DNA of 63,489 nt, counting the filler, from Anaerolineae bacterium (GTDB lineage Bacteria; Chloroflexota; Anaerolineae; Epilineales; Epilineaceae): the NCBI GenBank assembly GCA_029262755.1. It is 3 parts of 3 records of this genome, joined end to end, with 100 filler letters (N's around TTAATTAATTAA, not from the genome) between each part and the next. Parts side by side here need not be neighbours in the genome. Positions count along the whole stretch, not along the records: positions 1 to 29,318 come from JAJCYU010000380.1; 2 more parts are not named here. One strand, 5' to 3'. Numbering within the stretch: the first letter of the stretch is position 1; each line of letters begins with the position of its first letter. This document shows positions 1 to 10,056 of the stretch, piece after piece. A program made the translations under genes and the position numbers. The notes under the pieces were generated by a model. It was given only the letters and a program-made list of their open reading frames with translations. It had not been told where the DNA came from and searched no databases.

Positions 1-1372
1 CCGCGCCGCTCGTGCCGATGTTGACGTTGGCGATGCCACAATCCGAGCCCGTCGCCGACAGGAAACGCTCGGCCTGGAGCAGGTCGGTTGTGAAGATCGC
101 GCTCGAGAGCCCCTGGGACACGGCGTTGTGCACCGCGATCACATCGTCGAGATCCTCGTAGTCCAACACGTAGAGAATCGGTGCGAAGGTCTCGTCGCAG
201 GTGATCGGCGCCTGTTCCTTCATCCGAATGATCGTCGGCTCGACGTAGTGCGGGCCGATGTCCGGCCGCGTACCGCCGCCCACGACGATCTCGCCGCCTT
301 GGGTGACCGCAGCCGCGACGGCAGCCTGCATGCCGGCCACCGATTGTTCGCTGACCAACGGCCCCATCAACGTGCCGGGGTCCATGGGATCGCCGATGGG
401 CACCTGCGCGTAGGCCTTTGCCAGACGCTCGGTGAGCGTATCCACGATCGAGGCGTGGGCGAATAGGCGGCGAGTGCTCGTGCAGCGCTGCCCGGCCGTC
501 CCAACGGAGCCGAAGACGATGCCACGCACGGCCAGGTCCAGATCCGCGTTTTCCGTGACGATGATGCCGTTGTTGCCACCCAACTCCAGGATCATCTTGC
601 CCAACCGGCCGGCCACGGCCTGTGCCACGTGTCGGCCGACCTCGATGGATCCGGTGAAGCTGATCAGCGGCAAGCGCTTGTCGTGCAGCATCCGCTCGCC
701 GACGACTTCATTGGCGCCGATCAACAGGTTGAATACACCCGGCTGCCCGTGATCGGCCATGACCTCGTTGCACAGCCGCTGCACCGCGATGGCCGTCAGC
801 GGCGCGGAGGGCGATGGCTTCCAGACGTTCGTGTCGCCGCATACCGCGGCGATGGCGGCGTTCCAGGCCCAGACCGCGACAGGAAAGTTGAAGGCGGAGA
901 TGATCCCCACGGGACCGAGCGGATGCCACTGCTCGTACATCCGGTGCCCTGGCCGCTCGGAGTGCATCGTGTTGCCGTAGAGTTGGCGCGACAGCCCGAC
1001 CGCGAAGTCGCAGATGTCGATCATCTCCTGGACCTCGCCGATGCCCTCCGCCCGGATCTTGCCTATCTCGAGGGTCACCAGTTCGCCCAAGGGCTCCAGG
1101 TTGGCGCGCAACTGCTCGCCCAGATCGCGCACGATCAAGCCGCGCTTGGGCGCCGGGACCGTGCGCCAGCGTTCAAAGGCCTCGCCACTGGCGTGGATGA
1201 CCTGGTCGTAGGCGGTAGGCCCGGCCTGCGTGACCGCGGCGATCGGCTCGCCCGTCGCGGGATTGACGCTTACCAGGGTCTCGCCCGCGGGATCCGAGAT
1301 CCAACCGTCCGGGCCCGTGCAGGCACCAGGGTTGTTCGCGGCGATGCCGAGACGATCGAGCAGGGACTTCAT
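1..1372 (-). CDS. Aldehyde dehydrogenase, ALDH7 / piperideine-6-carboxylate dehydrogenase-like (3' end runs off the window)
   Basis: Absent from the ORF track because there is no stop in the window. Hand translation from the ATG at 1372 (GGAG RBS upstream) gives MKSLLDRLGI...PAPKRG...GEVQEMIDICDFAVGLSRQLYG.TMHSERPGHRMYEQWHPLG...ISAFNFPVAVWAWN...FTGS...LELGGNN...GQRCT, all ALDH7-type motifs. Confidence 0.93.
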   Translation of the reverse strand, partial: MKSLLDRLGIAANNPGACTGPDGWISDPAGETLVSVNPATGEPIAAVTQAGPTAYDQVIHASGEAFERWRTVPAPKRGLIVRDLGEQLRANLEPLGELVTLEIGKIRAEGIGEVQEMIDICDFAVGLSRQLYGNTMHSERPGHRMYEQWHPLGPVGIISAFNFPVAVWAWNAAIAAVCGDTNVWKPSPSAPLTAIAVQRLCNEVMADHGQPGVFNLLIGANEVVGERMLHDKRLPLISFTGSIEVGRHVAQAVAGRLGKMILELGGNNGIIVTENADLDLAVRGIVFGSVGTAGQRCTSTRRLFAHASIVDTLTERLAKAYAQVPIGDPMDPGTLMGPLVSEQSVAGMQAAVAAAVTQGGEIVVGGGTRPDIGPHYVEPTIIRMKEQAPITCDETFAPILYVLDYEDLDDVIAVHNAVSQGLSSAIFTTDLLQAERFLSATGSDCGIANVNIGTSGA

Positions 1373-1505
1373 GCGCAGCACTCCTTGGGGAACCGAGTTC
1401 GTTCGTTTTGGGTGGGCGATACGAGGGGAGCAGGTGGCGCAAGGGGCGCCGTCGGAAATCGACCGGCAACGATGTCGCCTACCGAATTCCGGAACTGTTC
1501 CCGGC

Positions 1506-4457
1506 TCAGCTCGCGACAACGTTGACCAGCCGGTCGGGCACGACGATGACCTTGCGCACCTGCTTGCCTTCCAGGTTGCGCTGCACGCCCTCGTCGGCCA
1601 TCGCCAGCGCCTCGATCTCTTCGCGTGATGCCCCGACCGGCACGGTGAGATGGCCGCGCACCTTGCCGTTGACCTGCAGGGCCAGCTCGACCTCGTCCAC
1701 CACCAGCATGGCCGGATCGTGCTCCGGCCACGGCGCCGTGGTGATCGACGGGCTGTGTCCCAGCCGGTGCCAGAGCTCCTCGGCCAGATGCGGCGCCATC
1801 GGCGCAAGCATCTTCGCCATCGGCTCCGCGATCTCGCGCGGCAGGCTATCGGCCTTGACCAGCGCATTGTTGAGCTCGATCAGCGCCGCGATCGCCGTGT
1901 TGACGGACATCGCTTCCATGTCCTCGCCGACCTTGGCGATGGTGGCGTGCAGCAGGCGCCGCTGTGCGTCGGAGGCGGGCTCGTCTACGACCAGCGAGCG
2001 CTCGGCCCCGGCCGAGCCGTCCTCCGCCGGCGGATCCTCCGCCACAAAGTTACGCCACACGCGGTTCAGGAAGCGCCGAATACCCACGATGTCATCGGTG
2101 TTCCAAGGTTTCGACTTGTCCAGCGGCCCCATGTACATCTCGTATAGCCGCAGGGTGTCGCAGCCGTGGCGCTCGATCATCTCGTCGGGCGTGACCATGT
2201 TCTTCAAGCTCTTGCCCATCTTCCCGTATTCGCGCGTCACGGGTCGGTCGTTGTGGAAGTACGCTCCGTCGCGCTCGACGACCTCGTCGGCCTGGACGTA
2301 CACTCCGCGCGCATCCCGGAAAGCGTACGCTTGGATGTAGCCCTGGTTGAACAGCTTGCCGAAGGGCTCCGGCGTGCTCACATGCCCCAGATCGTGGAGC
2401 ACCTTGTGCCAGAAGCGTGCATAGAGCAGGTGCAGCACCGCATGCTCGACGCCGCCGACGTAGAGGTCTACGCCGTGGCCGCCCATCCAATAGTTCTCCG
2501 CGGACGAGCCGACCATCTGTTCCTCGTCGTCCGGACTCAGGTAGCGCAGGTAGTACCAGCACGAGCCGGCCCAGTTGGGCATCGTGTTCAGCTCGCGCGT
2601 GTAGGTCACGCCGTCGATCTCGACCTCGCGCCCTGAACGCGGCGCTCGGCCGAGCGGCGGGCGCGGCGGTGCGTGGGGATCGTCGCTGCGCTCGGGTTGG
2701 AAGTCCTCCATCGGCGGCAGCTCGACGGGCAGATCATCCTCCGCCACCGGCACGATGGAGCCGTCGGGTCCGTGCAGGATCGGGAAGGGCTCGCCCCAAT
2801 AACGCTGTCGGCTGAAGAGCCAGTCGCGCAGCTTGTACTGCACTTCACCGCGACCAAGCCCCTGCGCCTCCAGCCATTCCGTGATCTTCGCCTTGGCCTC
2901 CACCGTCGCGAGCCCGTCGATCGAAACGTCCGGACCCGCCGACTGCATCGCCGTCCCCGTGCCGGCGAAGGACTCCGGCCACTGGGCAACGTGCGCCCGG
3001 TAGTCGGCTCGTATCGTGTCCAGGTCGCCTTCCGGATCGACCGGACGTCCGCCGGCCGCCGCCTGCGCGCGCAGCCAGCCCTCGTCTGGCGTGACCACGG
3101 CGCGCATCGACAGGCCGAAGGCCTTGGCGAACGCGAAGTCACGTGTGTCATGGGCGGGCACGGCCATGATCGCGCCGGTGCCGTAGCCCATCAGCACGTA
3201 GTCCGCGATCCAGATCGGGATCCGTGCATCGTTGACCGGGTTGATCGCGTAGCCGCCGGTGAACACACCGGTCTTGTCCTTGGCATCGGCCTGACGGTCG
3301 ATATCGCTCTTGTGCGCCGTCGCGGCGCGGTAGGCCGCGACGGCCTCCGCCTGTTCCGGCGTCGCGACCCGGTCGACCAACGCGTGCTCCGGACTAAGCA
3401 CCATGTAGGTGGCCCCGAAGAGCGTGTCCGGCCGGGTTGTGAAGACCTCGATGGGCGGCGCTCCTTCGTCCGCGCTCGCGCCGTCGATCGCGAAGGACAC
3501 CCGCGCACCGTGGCTGCGTCCGATCCAGTTGCGCTGCATCTGCCGCACGGCCTCGGGCCAGTCCACGGCGTCCAGATCGTCGATCAGCCGGTCGGCGTAG
3601 GCCGTGATCCGCAGCATCCACTGCTTGAGCGGACGCCGGAAGACCGGAAAGTCGCCGCGCTCGCTTCGTCCTTCTGCCGTGACTTCCTCGTTGGCCAGCA
3701 CCGTGCCGAGACCGGGGCACCAATTCACCGGTACCTCGGCCACGTAGGCCAAGCGCTGCCCGTCCAGCACGATCCGCTGCTCGTCCGCGGAGAGCTCCGA
3801 CCACGCACGTGCGCCGTCGCCCGCCTGCGCCGCGCGGGGCACGGTCGCATCCGCGCCTTCGCCGGCGACGAGACGCTCGCCCGCGGCCAGCGCGGCTTGC
3901 AGCTCGGACACGGGCCGCGCGCCGTCGGCCTCGGGATCGAACCAGCTGCCGAACAGCTGCAGAAAGATCCACTGCGTCCAGCGGTAGTAGCCCGGATCCG
4001 TGGTGGCGAAGGAGCGATCCCAGTCGTAGCCGAGGCTCAGCTGCTTGAGCTGCTCCTTCATCGTCTTGATGTTGGACTCTGTGGTAATGCGCGGGTGCAC
4101 ATTGTGTTCCAGCGCGTACTGCTCGGCGGGCAGACCGAAAGCGTCGAAGCCCATCGGGTGCAGCACGTTGAAGCCGCGCATGCGCTTATAGCGCGCGACG
4201 ATGTCCGTGGCGATATAGCCGAGTGGATGCCCGACGTGCAGCCCCTTGCCCGAGGGGTAGGGGAACATGTCCAGCACGAAGAACTTCGGCCGCGAGGGAT
4301 CGAAGTCGGGATCGCCGGGTCCGGCCGTACGGTAGGTGCCGTTGGCCTCCCACCAATCACGCCACCGGGCCTCGACCGCCTGAACGTCGTAGCCGCCGGT
4401 TGGCGGCGGTGGGGTCGGGGTAGGGGTCGCGCTCGACGCACCGCGCGGCGCGCTCAT
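1506..4457 (-). CDS. leuS: Leucine--tRNA ligase
   Basis: MFPYPSGKGLHVGH (HIGH), GFDAFGLPAE, FTTRPDTLFG editing domain, RDWLFSRQRYWGEP, KMGKS, C-terminal QVNGKVRG. Confidence 0.97.
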   Translation of the reverse strand: MSAPRGASSATPTPTPPPPTGGYDVQAVEARWRDWWEANGTYRTAGPGDPDFDPSRPKFFVLDMFPYPSGKGLHVGHPLGYIATDIVARYKRMRGFNVLHPMGFDAFGLPAEQYALEHNVHPRITTESNIKTMKEQLKQLSLGYDWDRSFATTDPGYYRWTQWIFLQLFGSWFDPEADGARPVSELQAALAAGERLVAGEGADATVPRAAQAGDGARAWSELSADEQRIVLDGQRLAYVAEVPVNWCPGLGTVLANEEVTAEGRSERGDFPVFRRPLKQWMLRITAYADRLIDDLDAVDWPEAVRQMQRNWIGRSHGARVSFAIDGASADEGAPPIEVFTTRPDTLFGATYMVLSPEHALVDRVATPEQAEAVAAYRAATAHKSDIDRQADAKDKTGVFTGGYAINPVNDARIPIWIADYVLMGYGTGAIMAVPAHDTRDFAFAKAFGLSMRAVVTPDEGWLRAQAAAGGRPVDPEGDLDTIRADYRAHVAQWPESFAGTGTAMQSAGPDVSIDGLATVEAKAKITEWLEAQGLGRGEVQYKLRDWLFSRQRYWGEPFPILHGPDGSIVPVAEDDLPVELPPMEDFQPERSDDPHAPPRPPLGRAPRSGREVEIDGVTYTRELNTMPNWAGSCWYYLRYLSPDDEEQMVGSSAENYWMGGHGVDLYVGGVEHAVLHLLYARFWHKVLHDLGHVSTPEPFGKLFNQGYIQAYAFRDARGVYVQADEVVERDGAYFHNDRPVTREYGKMGKSLKNMVTPDEMIERHGCDTLRLYEMYMGPLDKSKPWNTDDIVGIRRFLNRVWRNFVAEDPPAEDGSAGAERSLVVDEPASDAQRRLLHATIAKVGEDMEAMSVNTAIAALIELNNALVKADSLPREIAEPMAKMLAPMAPHLAEELWHRLGHSPSITTAPWPEHDPAMLVVDEVELALQVNGKVRGHLTVPVGASREEIEALAMADEGVQRNLEGKQVRKVIVVPDRLVNVVAS

Positions 4458-7400
4458 CGCTGCACCTCGACCGCGGACAGTGCAACGACGGCAAACTCGA
4501 TCGCATGCGCGTCGAGCTGCGCTTCACGCGCCGACACGCCCGCGGGCAGCGCGCCGATCTGGAGCTCATCGGCCAGCACCTCCGCCTTTAGGGCCTCGCC
4601 GTGACGCGTCACGACCTCGGCCAGCTCGCCCGGCAACGACAGATGCACGCGGATCCGCGCCTGGTAGGGCAGGTCCTGTTCCTTGCGCTCGGCCTGCACG
4701 TGATGGATCAGCTCCCGCACGAGACCTTCCTCGAGCAGGCTGTCGTCCAACTCCGTATCGACCACGACCACGCCCGCCCGGCCCTGTGCGGCCGACCAGC
4801 CGGGTTTCGACTCCAGGCGCACCTCGACCTCGGCCGCGGTCAACGCGACCTCTTCGCCTTCGACCGTGACGCGCATCGCATCGCCCGTCGCCAGCTCGGC
4901 GCGCGCGGCGGCTGCCGCCTCGCCGTCCAACGCGGCCAACGCGGCGGCGACGTGACGAACGGACTTGCCGAAGCGTGGCCCGAGCGCCCGGAAATTGGGC
5001 TTCAGCTCGTAGGAAACGTACTCGTCGGCCCGTTCGGCGAAAGCCACCGAGCGCACGTTGAGCTCTTCCGCGATCAACGCCGCGTGCGGTCGCACGCGCG
5101 CGCCGTCCTCCGATCGGGACAGGATCACCTCGACCTCGGCCATGGGTTGTCGGACCTTGATGCCCGCGTCAGAACGCGCCGCATGGCCGAGCGAGACCAC
5201 CTGCCGTACCAGATCCATCCGGCCCGAAAGGTCCTCGTCGATCATCGCGCCGTCCGGCTCGGGGTAGTCGCACAGGTGCACGCTCTCCAGCACGTCGGCC
5301 CCGACCAGCTCCGCGGGCCCGACGACGAGATTGCGATACATGCGCTCCGCCAGGAAGGGCGTGAAGGGCGCGATCAGCTTGGCCAGCGCCACCAAGACTT
5401 CGTAGAGCGTAACGTAGGCGTCCCACTTGTCCTGGTCGGCCTCCGCGCGCCAGAAACGGCCACGCGAACGGCGCACGTACCAGTTGGACAGCCCGTCGAC
5501 GAAGTCGCGCAGCGCGCCGGCGGCCGGGTAGTTCTCGAAGCCGTCCATCGCTTCTCGCACTGCGCGCGTCGTGCGGTGCAGCTCGCTCAGGATCCAGCGA
5601 TCGAGCTCGGCGCGTTCGGCCGCCGGGCGATAGCCGGTTGGCAGGACGCCGGGGCCAAAGCCGGGATCGAAGCCGTCGATCTCGGCGTAGATGTTGAAGA
5701 AGCTGAAGACGTTGTACAGGCGCACCAGAAAATCGCGCTGGGCATCCCGGATGTTGCCTTCTTTGAACTGCACCGGTGTCCAGGGCGGCTGTGCGCTGAA
5801 GAAGTACCAGCGCATCGCGTCCGCGCCGTAGGTGTCGAAGACGTAGTCCGGGCTCTTGTAGTTGCGCTTGGACTTGGACATCTTCTTGCCGTCCTCGCCC
5901 ATCACGTGGGCGAGGGTGATGCAGGCCTTGTAGGGATGGGGCGGCTCGGCTTCCGGACCGCCGGCGCGCGTACCATCGGGCGCGGTCTCACCCCACAGCA
6001 TCGTGTTGACCGACAACAGCCCGTAGAACCAGCCGCGGGTCTGATCGATGGCCTCGCTGATGAAGTCGGCCGGATAACTCTCCCACAGCCGGTCCTTGCT
6101 GCCCTCGGCATGCGGGAAACCCCACTGCGCGAACGGCATGCTGCCGGCATCCCACCAACAGTCGATGACCTCGATCACACGCCGCATGCGTGCGTTCGGA
6201 TCTTTCGGGCTCTGATAGTGCAGGGCGTCGATGTAGGGCCGATGCACCTGCAGGTCGTCGGGAAGATCGGGATCGGCTGCCTTGGCGGCGTCCCACACCT
6301 CGGTACCCTGCAGGTCCGGCTTGTTCAGCACCGCGTCGAAGCGGTCGATGGCCTCCATGTAACCGGTGGCCTCGCAGCGCCACACGGGCAGCGGCGTGCC
6401 CCAGAAGCGCTCGCGCGACAGCGCCCAATCGACGTTGTTGCGCAGGAAGTCGCCGAAACGGCCCTCCTGGATATGCCCCGGCAGCCATTGGATCTCGTCA
6501 TTGTTGGCGAGAAACTCGTCCTTGAACCGACTCGTGCGCACGAACCAGCTTGCCCGCGCGTATTGGATGAGCGGGTCTTGCTCCGCGCGCGGACAGAAGG
6601 GGTAATCGTGGCGGTAGCTTTCGCGATGGTAGAGCAGGCCGCGCTCGGCCAGCTGCGCGATAATCGGCTTGTCGGCCGCCTTGATGTAGTGCCCTTCCAG
6701 ATCGGGCCCCGCTTCTTCGTTGAAGGTGCCGTCCGGCCGCACCGCGCAGAGCAGCGGCAGGTCGGAGGGGTTCGCGAAGCGCTGCGCTTCCTGTCCGTGG
6801 AGCTCGAAGTCGACCTCACCGAACGCCGGCGCCTCATGCACCAAACCCGTACCGCTCTCGAGCGTCACGAAGTCGGCGGACAGAACGCGCCACCCGACGT
6901 GCGCCTGGCCGCCGGCGGCCAGGGGCGCTGTGTGCTCGCCCAGCTGCGCGTAGTAGAGCTCGGGAAAGGGCGGGCGGTAGCGCAGGCCGACCAGGTCGGC
7001 GCCCTTGACGGTTGCCACGACCTCGAGCGTCCGGCCGGCCTTGGCCGCGATGGCCGCCACCAACTCGGCCGCGATCACCAGACGCTCGCCGTTGTCCGCG
7101 TCGCGCACCACGGCGTAGTCGAAGTCATCGCGCACGGCGGCAAAGTGGTTGCTGACCAGGGTCCACGGCGTCGTGGTCCAGACGAGCAGGCTCGCCCCAT
7201 CGAGCGCCTCATGTGCGTCGGCGCCGTCGACCAACGGGAAGTGTACGAAGACGCTCGGGTCGTCCACCTCGCGGTAGCCTTCGCCGACCTCGCCCGCGGA
7301 CAGCGCGGTGCCGCCCTGAGGCCACCACCACACAACCTTGTGGCCCTGGTACAGCAGACCGCGGTCGAAGAGGGTCTTGAGGCCCCACCAGACGCTCTCG

Positions 7401-7867
7401 ACATAGCTGCGATGGAAGGTGGCGTATGCGTTCTCGTTGTCGACCCAGAAGCCGAGCCGATCGGAGAACTCCTCCCACTCGCGTGTGTAGCGGAAGACGC
7501 TCTCAATGCACTTGCGGATGAAGGGCTCGATGCCGTAGGCCTCGATCTCTTCCTTTGTATGGATCTCCAATTCCTTGGAGACCTCGGTCTCGACGGGCAG
7601 GCCGTGGGTATCCCAACCCGCCTTCCGCTCGCACAGATGACCGGTCATCGTGCGATAGCGCGGGAAGAGATCCTTCATGGCGCGCGTCAGGGCATGGCCG
7701 GGATGCGGCAGGCCGTTGGCCGTCGGCGGGCCCTCGAAAAATACAAAGCGCGGTGCGTCGGCCCTGTGGCGTAGCGTGGCCTGGAAGATCTCGCGATCCT
7801 TCCAATAGACCAGCACGTCCTTCTCGGCGTCCGGAAAGCTCACCGGCGTGGGCAGCGGCTCGAACAT
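4454..7867 (-). CDS. ileS: Isoleucine--tRNA ligase, type 2 (eukaryote/archaea-like)
   Basis: EGPPTANGLPHPGH, GWDTHGLP, WTTTPWTL, DWALSRERFWGTP, DQTRGWFY, KMSKS. Long C-terminal extension with no zinc-finger cysteines. ATGA overlap with leuS. Confidence 0.96.
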   Translation of the reverse strand: MFEPLPTPVSFPDAEKDVLVYWKDREIFQATLRHRADAPRFVFFEGPPTANGLPHPGHALTRAMKDLFPRYRTMTGHLCERKAGWDTHGLPVETEVSKELEIHTKEEIEAYGIEPFIRKCIESVFRYTREWEEFSDRLGFWVDNENAYATFHRSYVESVWWGLKTLFDRGLLYQGHKVVWWWPQGGTALSAGEVGEGYREVDDPSVFVHFPLVDGADAHEALDGASLLVWTTTPWTLVSNHFAAVRDDFDYAVVRDADNGERLVIAAELVAAIAAKAGRTLEVVATVKGADLVGLRYRPPFPELYYAQLGEHTAPLAAGGQAHVGWRVLSADFVTLESGTGLVHEAPAFGEVDFELHGQEAQRFANPSDLPLLCAVRPDGTFNEEAGPDLEGHYIKAADKPIIAQLAERGLLYHRESYRHDYPFCPRAEQDPLIQYARASWFVRTSRFKDEFLANNDEIQWLPGHIQEGRFGDFLRNNVDWALSRERFWGTPLPVWRCEATGYMEAIDRFDAVLNKPDLQGTEVWDAAKAADPDLPDDLQVHRPYIDALHYQSPKDPNARMRRVIEVIDCWWDAGSMPFAQWGFPHAEGSKDRLWESYPADFISEAIDQTRGWFYGLLSVNTMLWGETAPDGTRAGGPEAEPPHPYKACITLAHVMGEDGKKMSKSKRNYKSPDYVFDTYGADAMRWYFFSAQPPWTPVQFKEGNIRDAQRDFLVRLYNVFSFFNIYAEIDGFDPGFGPGVLPTGYRPAAERAELDRWILSELHRTTRAVREAMDGFENYPAAGALRDFVDGLSNWYVRRSRGRFWRAEADQDKWDAYVTLYEVLVALAKLIAPFTPFLAERMYRNLVVGPAELVGADVLESVHLCDYPEPDGAMIDEDLSGRMDLVRQVVSLGHAARSDAGIKVRQPMAEVEVILSRSEDGARVRPHAALIAEELNVRSVAFAERADEYVSYELKPNFRALGPRFGKSVRHVAAALAALDGEAAAAARAELATGDAMRVTVEGEEVALTAAEVEVRLESKPGWSAAQGRAGVVVVDTELDDSLLEEGLVRELIHHVQAERKEQDLPYQARIRVHLSLPGELAEVVTRHGEALKAEVLADELQIGALPAGVSAREAQLDAHAIEFAVVALSAVEVQR

Positions 7868-8107
7868 CGTCCCGTCTCCCTGACAGCGGTTTCGCGCGTC
7901 CGGCGGCCGGGCCGCCGGAAGTCGCCAACTATAGTGGCCGCTCTAGGAGACGGCGACTTTCCGCGCCGTTAGAGAAAAATAGGCGCAGGACTGCGCCATC
8001 ACACCGACCTCTTGCCGGTTGCACATGTCGGCTCCCTCACGTCATTGCTTCGCGACCCGTGTTCCCACGCAACGCACGCTTCGGGACGAGACCTCCGGAG
8101 TCCGCTC

Positions 8108-8971
8108 CTATTCGTTCGTCGCGCGTGGGTCCGCGTCCAAGTGATATCGGCCCTTGCGCTCGGCGTCCGCGCGTACGCGCACCACCGCGTCACCCGGCTC
8201 GTGGTCGATCACGACCCGCCACCCCTCGTCGGACGCACGCTCGAGCAGCGCGCCCTTCGTGCGCATATTCGTATACGGCTCCATGTCGTAGGCCATGCTC
8301 CAAGCCAGCCCGGCATGGTTCGCGGTCGGCATCACGTCGCCGGGAAAGCAAACCACCCCTTCCTCGTCCACGAAGCGCACGCCCTGTTGACCCCAGGTGT
8401 GACCGGGCACAGGGAATACAGTGATACCCGGCGCCACCTCGACCTCGCCGTCCACTCGGTGTACGAGATCCTGCACGGGTTCGAGATGCGAGCGCAGATA
8501 GGTGCGGGTCATCGTGCTGCGGTTGGCCAGGGCATCCTCCCACTCGCGCTGCTGCACGACGATCTCGGCGTTCGGGAAGCTGGGCACGAGCGGGCTCTCG
8601 GTATCGCTCCTGTCGGTGAAGCGCGTCAGACCGGCGGCGTGATCGAAGTGCAGATGGCTGACCACGACGAGGTCGATCGATTCCGGCTCCACGTCGACCT
8701 CCGCCAACGCATCGAGCACGCAGCGCGACTCCAGACGAAAGATCGCCCGGTCCTTCTCACTCCACCGGTCTCCGAATCCGGTCTCGACCAGCACACGCCG
8801 CCCATCGCGTTCCAGCAGGAGGCAGTTGGTCTGGAGCGGGATCCGGTTGTGCTCATCGACCTCCGTGTGGCGCGACCAAAGCCCCTTGGGCACGACGCCG
8901 AACATCCCGCCGCCATCGAGCCAAAGCGTTCCCGCCCGCAGCATCCGCCAGCTCCAACGCGCCGTCGTCAT
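8108..8971 (-). CDS. MBL-fold metallo-hydrolase (YtnP-like)
   Basis: LDGGGMFGVVPK N-terminal signature, SHLHFDHAAG metal-binding motif, PGHT. Confidence 0.9.
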   Translation of the reverse strand: MTTARWSWRMLRAGTLWLDGGGMFGVVPKGLWSRHTEVDEHNRIPLQTNCLLLERDGRRVLVETGFGDRWSEKDRAIFRLESRCVLDALAEVDVEPESIDLVVVSHLHFDHAAGLTRFTDRSDTESPLVPSFPNAEIVVQQREWEDALANRSTMTRTYLRSHLEPVQDLVHRVDGEVEVAPGITVFPVPGHTWGQQGVRFVDEEGVVCFPGDVMPTANHAGLAWSMAYDMEPYTNMRTKGALLERASDEGWRVVIDHEPGDAVVRVRADAERKGRYHLDADPRATNE

Positions 8972-9636
8972 GGTGTGATCTCCTCAGATGAATCGGGTCC
9001 GGTTTGCTCTGCACCCGCGGCCTCGTCGAGCACGCGTCGCACCTCTTGGATGTCGATCCAGGTCAGGGCCTTGGGCGAGCCCGGCGCGCGCGAAGCGTTG
9101 CGTAGCAGGTAGGCTGGATGGAAGATCGGCATCACGCGCCGCCCCTGCCATTCGAACCACTGTCCGCGGATCTTCGTGATACCTCGCTTCTCGCCCAACA
9201 CGGACTGCACCGCGACGCCGCCGACCAGCACGATCACCTGCGGGTCGACCAGGCGCACGATCTCGAGCAGCCACGGCCGGTACCACGCGATCTCGTCCGG
9301 TGTCGGCTTGCGGTTTTGCGGCGGCCGCCGGTGGACCGCGTTCGTCACGAAGGCGTCCCGCTCCGGATCGAGCGCCACCGCCCGCAGGATTTGGTCGAGC
9401 AGCTTGCCGGATCGCCCGACGAAGGGCTTGCCCAGCCGGTCCTCTTCCGCGCCGGGTGCCTCCCCGATGAGCATCAGCCGCGCCGCCGGGTCACCGCGAT
9501 AGATCACGATCCGGGTACCATGGGCCGCAAGCGGATCGTCGGTGAGCGCCTCCATCGCTGCTACGAGTGGCGGTAGCGCTTCGAAGCGCTGGGCTTCGTC
9601 GATGAGATCCTCTGGCATGGCCTGGCTTGCCTCCAT
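8968..9636 (-). CDS. Uracil-DNA glycosylase, family 4
   Basis: GEAPGAEED..GKPFVGRSG motif A, RPP.NRKP, HPAYLLRN motif B. Start placed at ATG 9636 (9618 is an alternative). ATGA overlap with the MBL gene. Confidence 0.9.
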   Translation of the reverse strand: MEASQAMPEDLIDEAQRFEALPPLVAAMEALTDDPLAAHGTRIVIYRGDPAARLMLIGEAPGAEEDRLGKPFVGRSGKLLDQILRAVALDPERDAFVTNAVHRRPPQNRKPTPDEIAWYRPWLLEIVRLVDPQVIVLVGGVAVQSVLGEKRGITKIRGQWFEWQGRRVMPIFHPAYLLRNASRAPGSPKALTWIDIQEVRRVLDEAAGAEQTGPDSSEEITP

Positions 9637-9860
9637 GGCACGAACGATATCCCGCGCCGCGTACGTTCCGTCTGGTCCGCTGGGGTGATGCATCACCGGG
9701 GACGGAAACGAGGACGCGGTCCCGCTACCGACCCTCCCAACACGGACGTCGACGGTAGCATGGCGGCCAGATCGGCGGAAGGCTCGTCGGAAGTTCCGGG
9801 GGGCACGCACGATCCCGGTGGGCCGTCGCCCATGGAGCATGGCTATACTCCGGCGCGACA

Positions 9861-9906
9861 CCGCCGCCGCCGCCGCCGCCGACGACGACGCCACGACGCC
9901 ACGACG
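9861..9906. repeat. Trinucleotide simple repeat, a (CCG)n run grading into GAC/CCACGACG units
   Basis: CCGCCGCCGCCGCCGCCGCCGACGACGACGCCACGACGCCACGACG in the intergenic region. Confidence 0.7.
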
Positions 9907-10056
9907 ATGTCATGAAATCGCTGCTGCAGTGGCGCGCTCGATCGACTTAATTGTTCCCTCAGGTAAGACCCACGGGCTTCACGACTTCGGAGTCGTCGGA
10001 CTCTTCGTGCCGCCGTGCCCTGCGGTGGCCGTTCCGGGAAGCAGGGTAGACCGTCC

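Noticed and set aside
2673..7774. Long plus-strand ORFs (643 aa and 1057 aa) opposite leuS and ileS
   Set aside because: Antisense shadow frames typical of high-GC coding DNA, with no recognisable motifs.
7868..8107. T-box riboswitch upstream of ileS
   Set aside because: No T-box antiterminator consensus or U-tract terminator is visible, and a -10-like hexamer lies close to the start.
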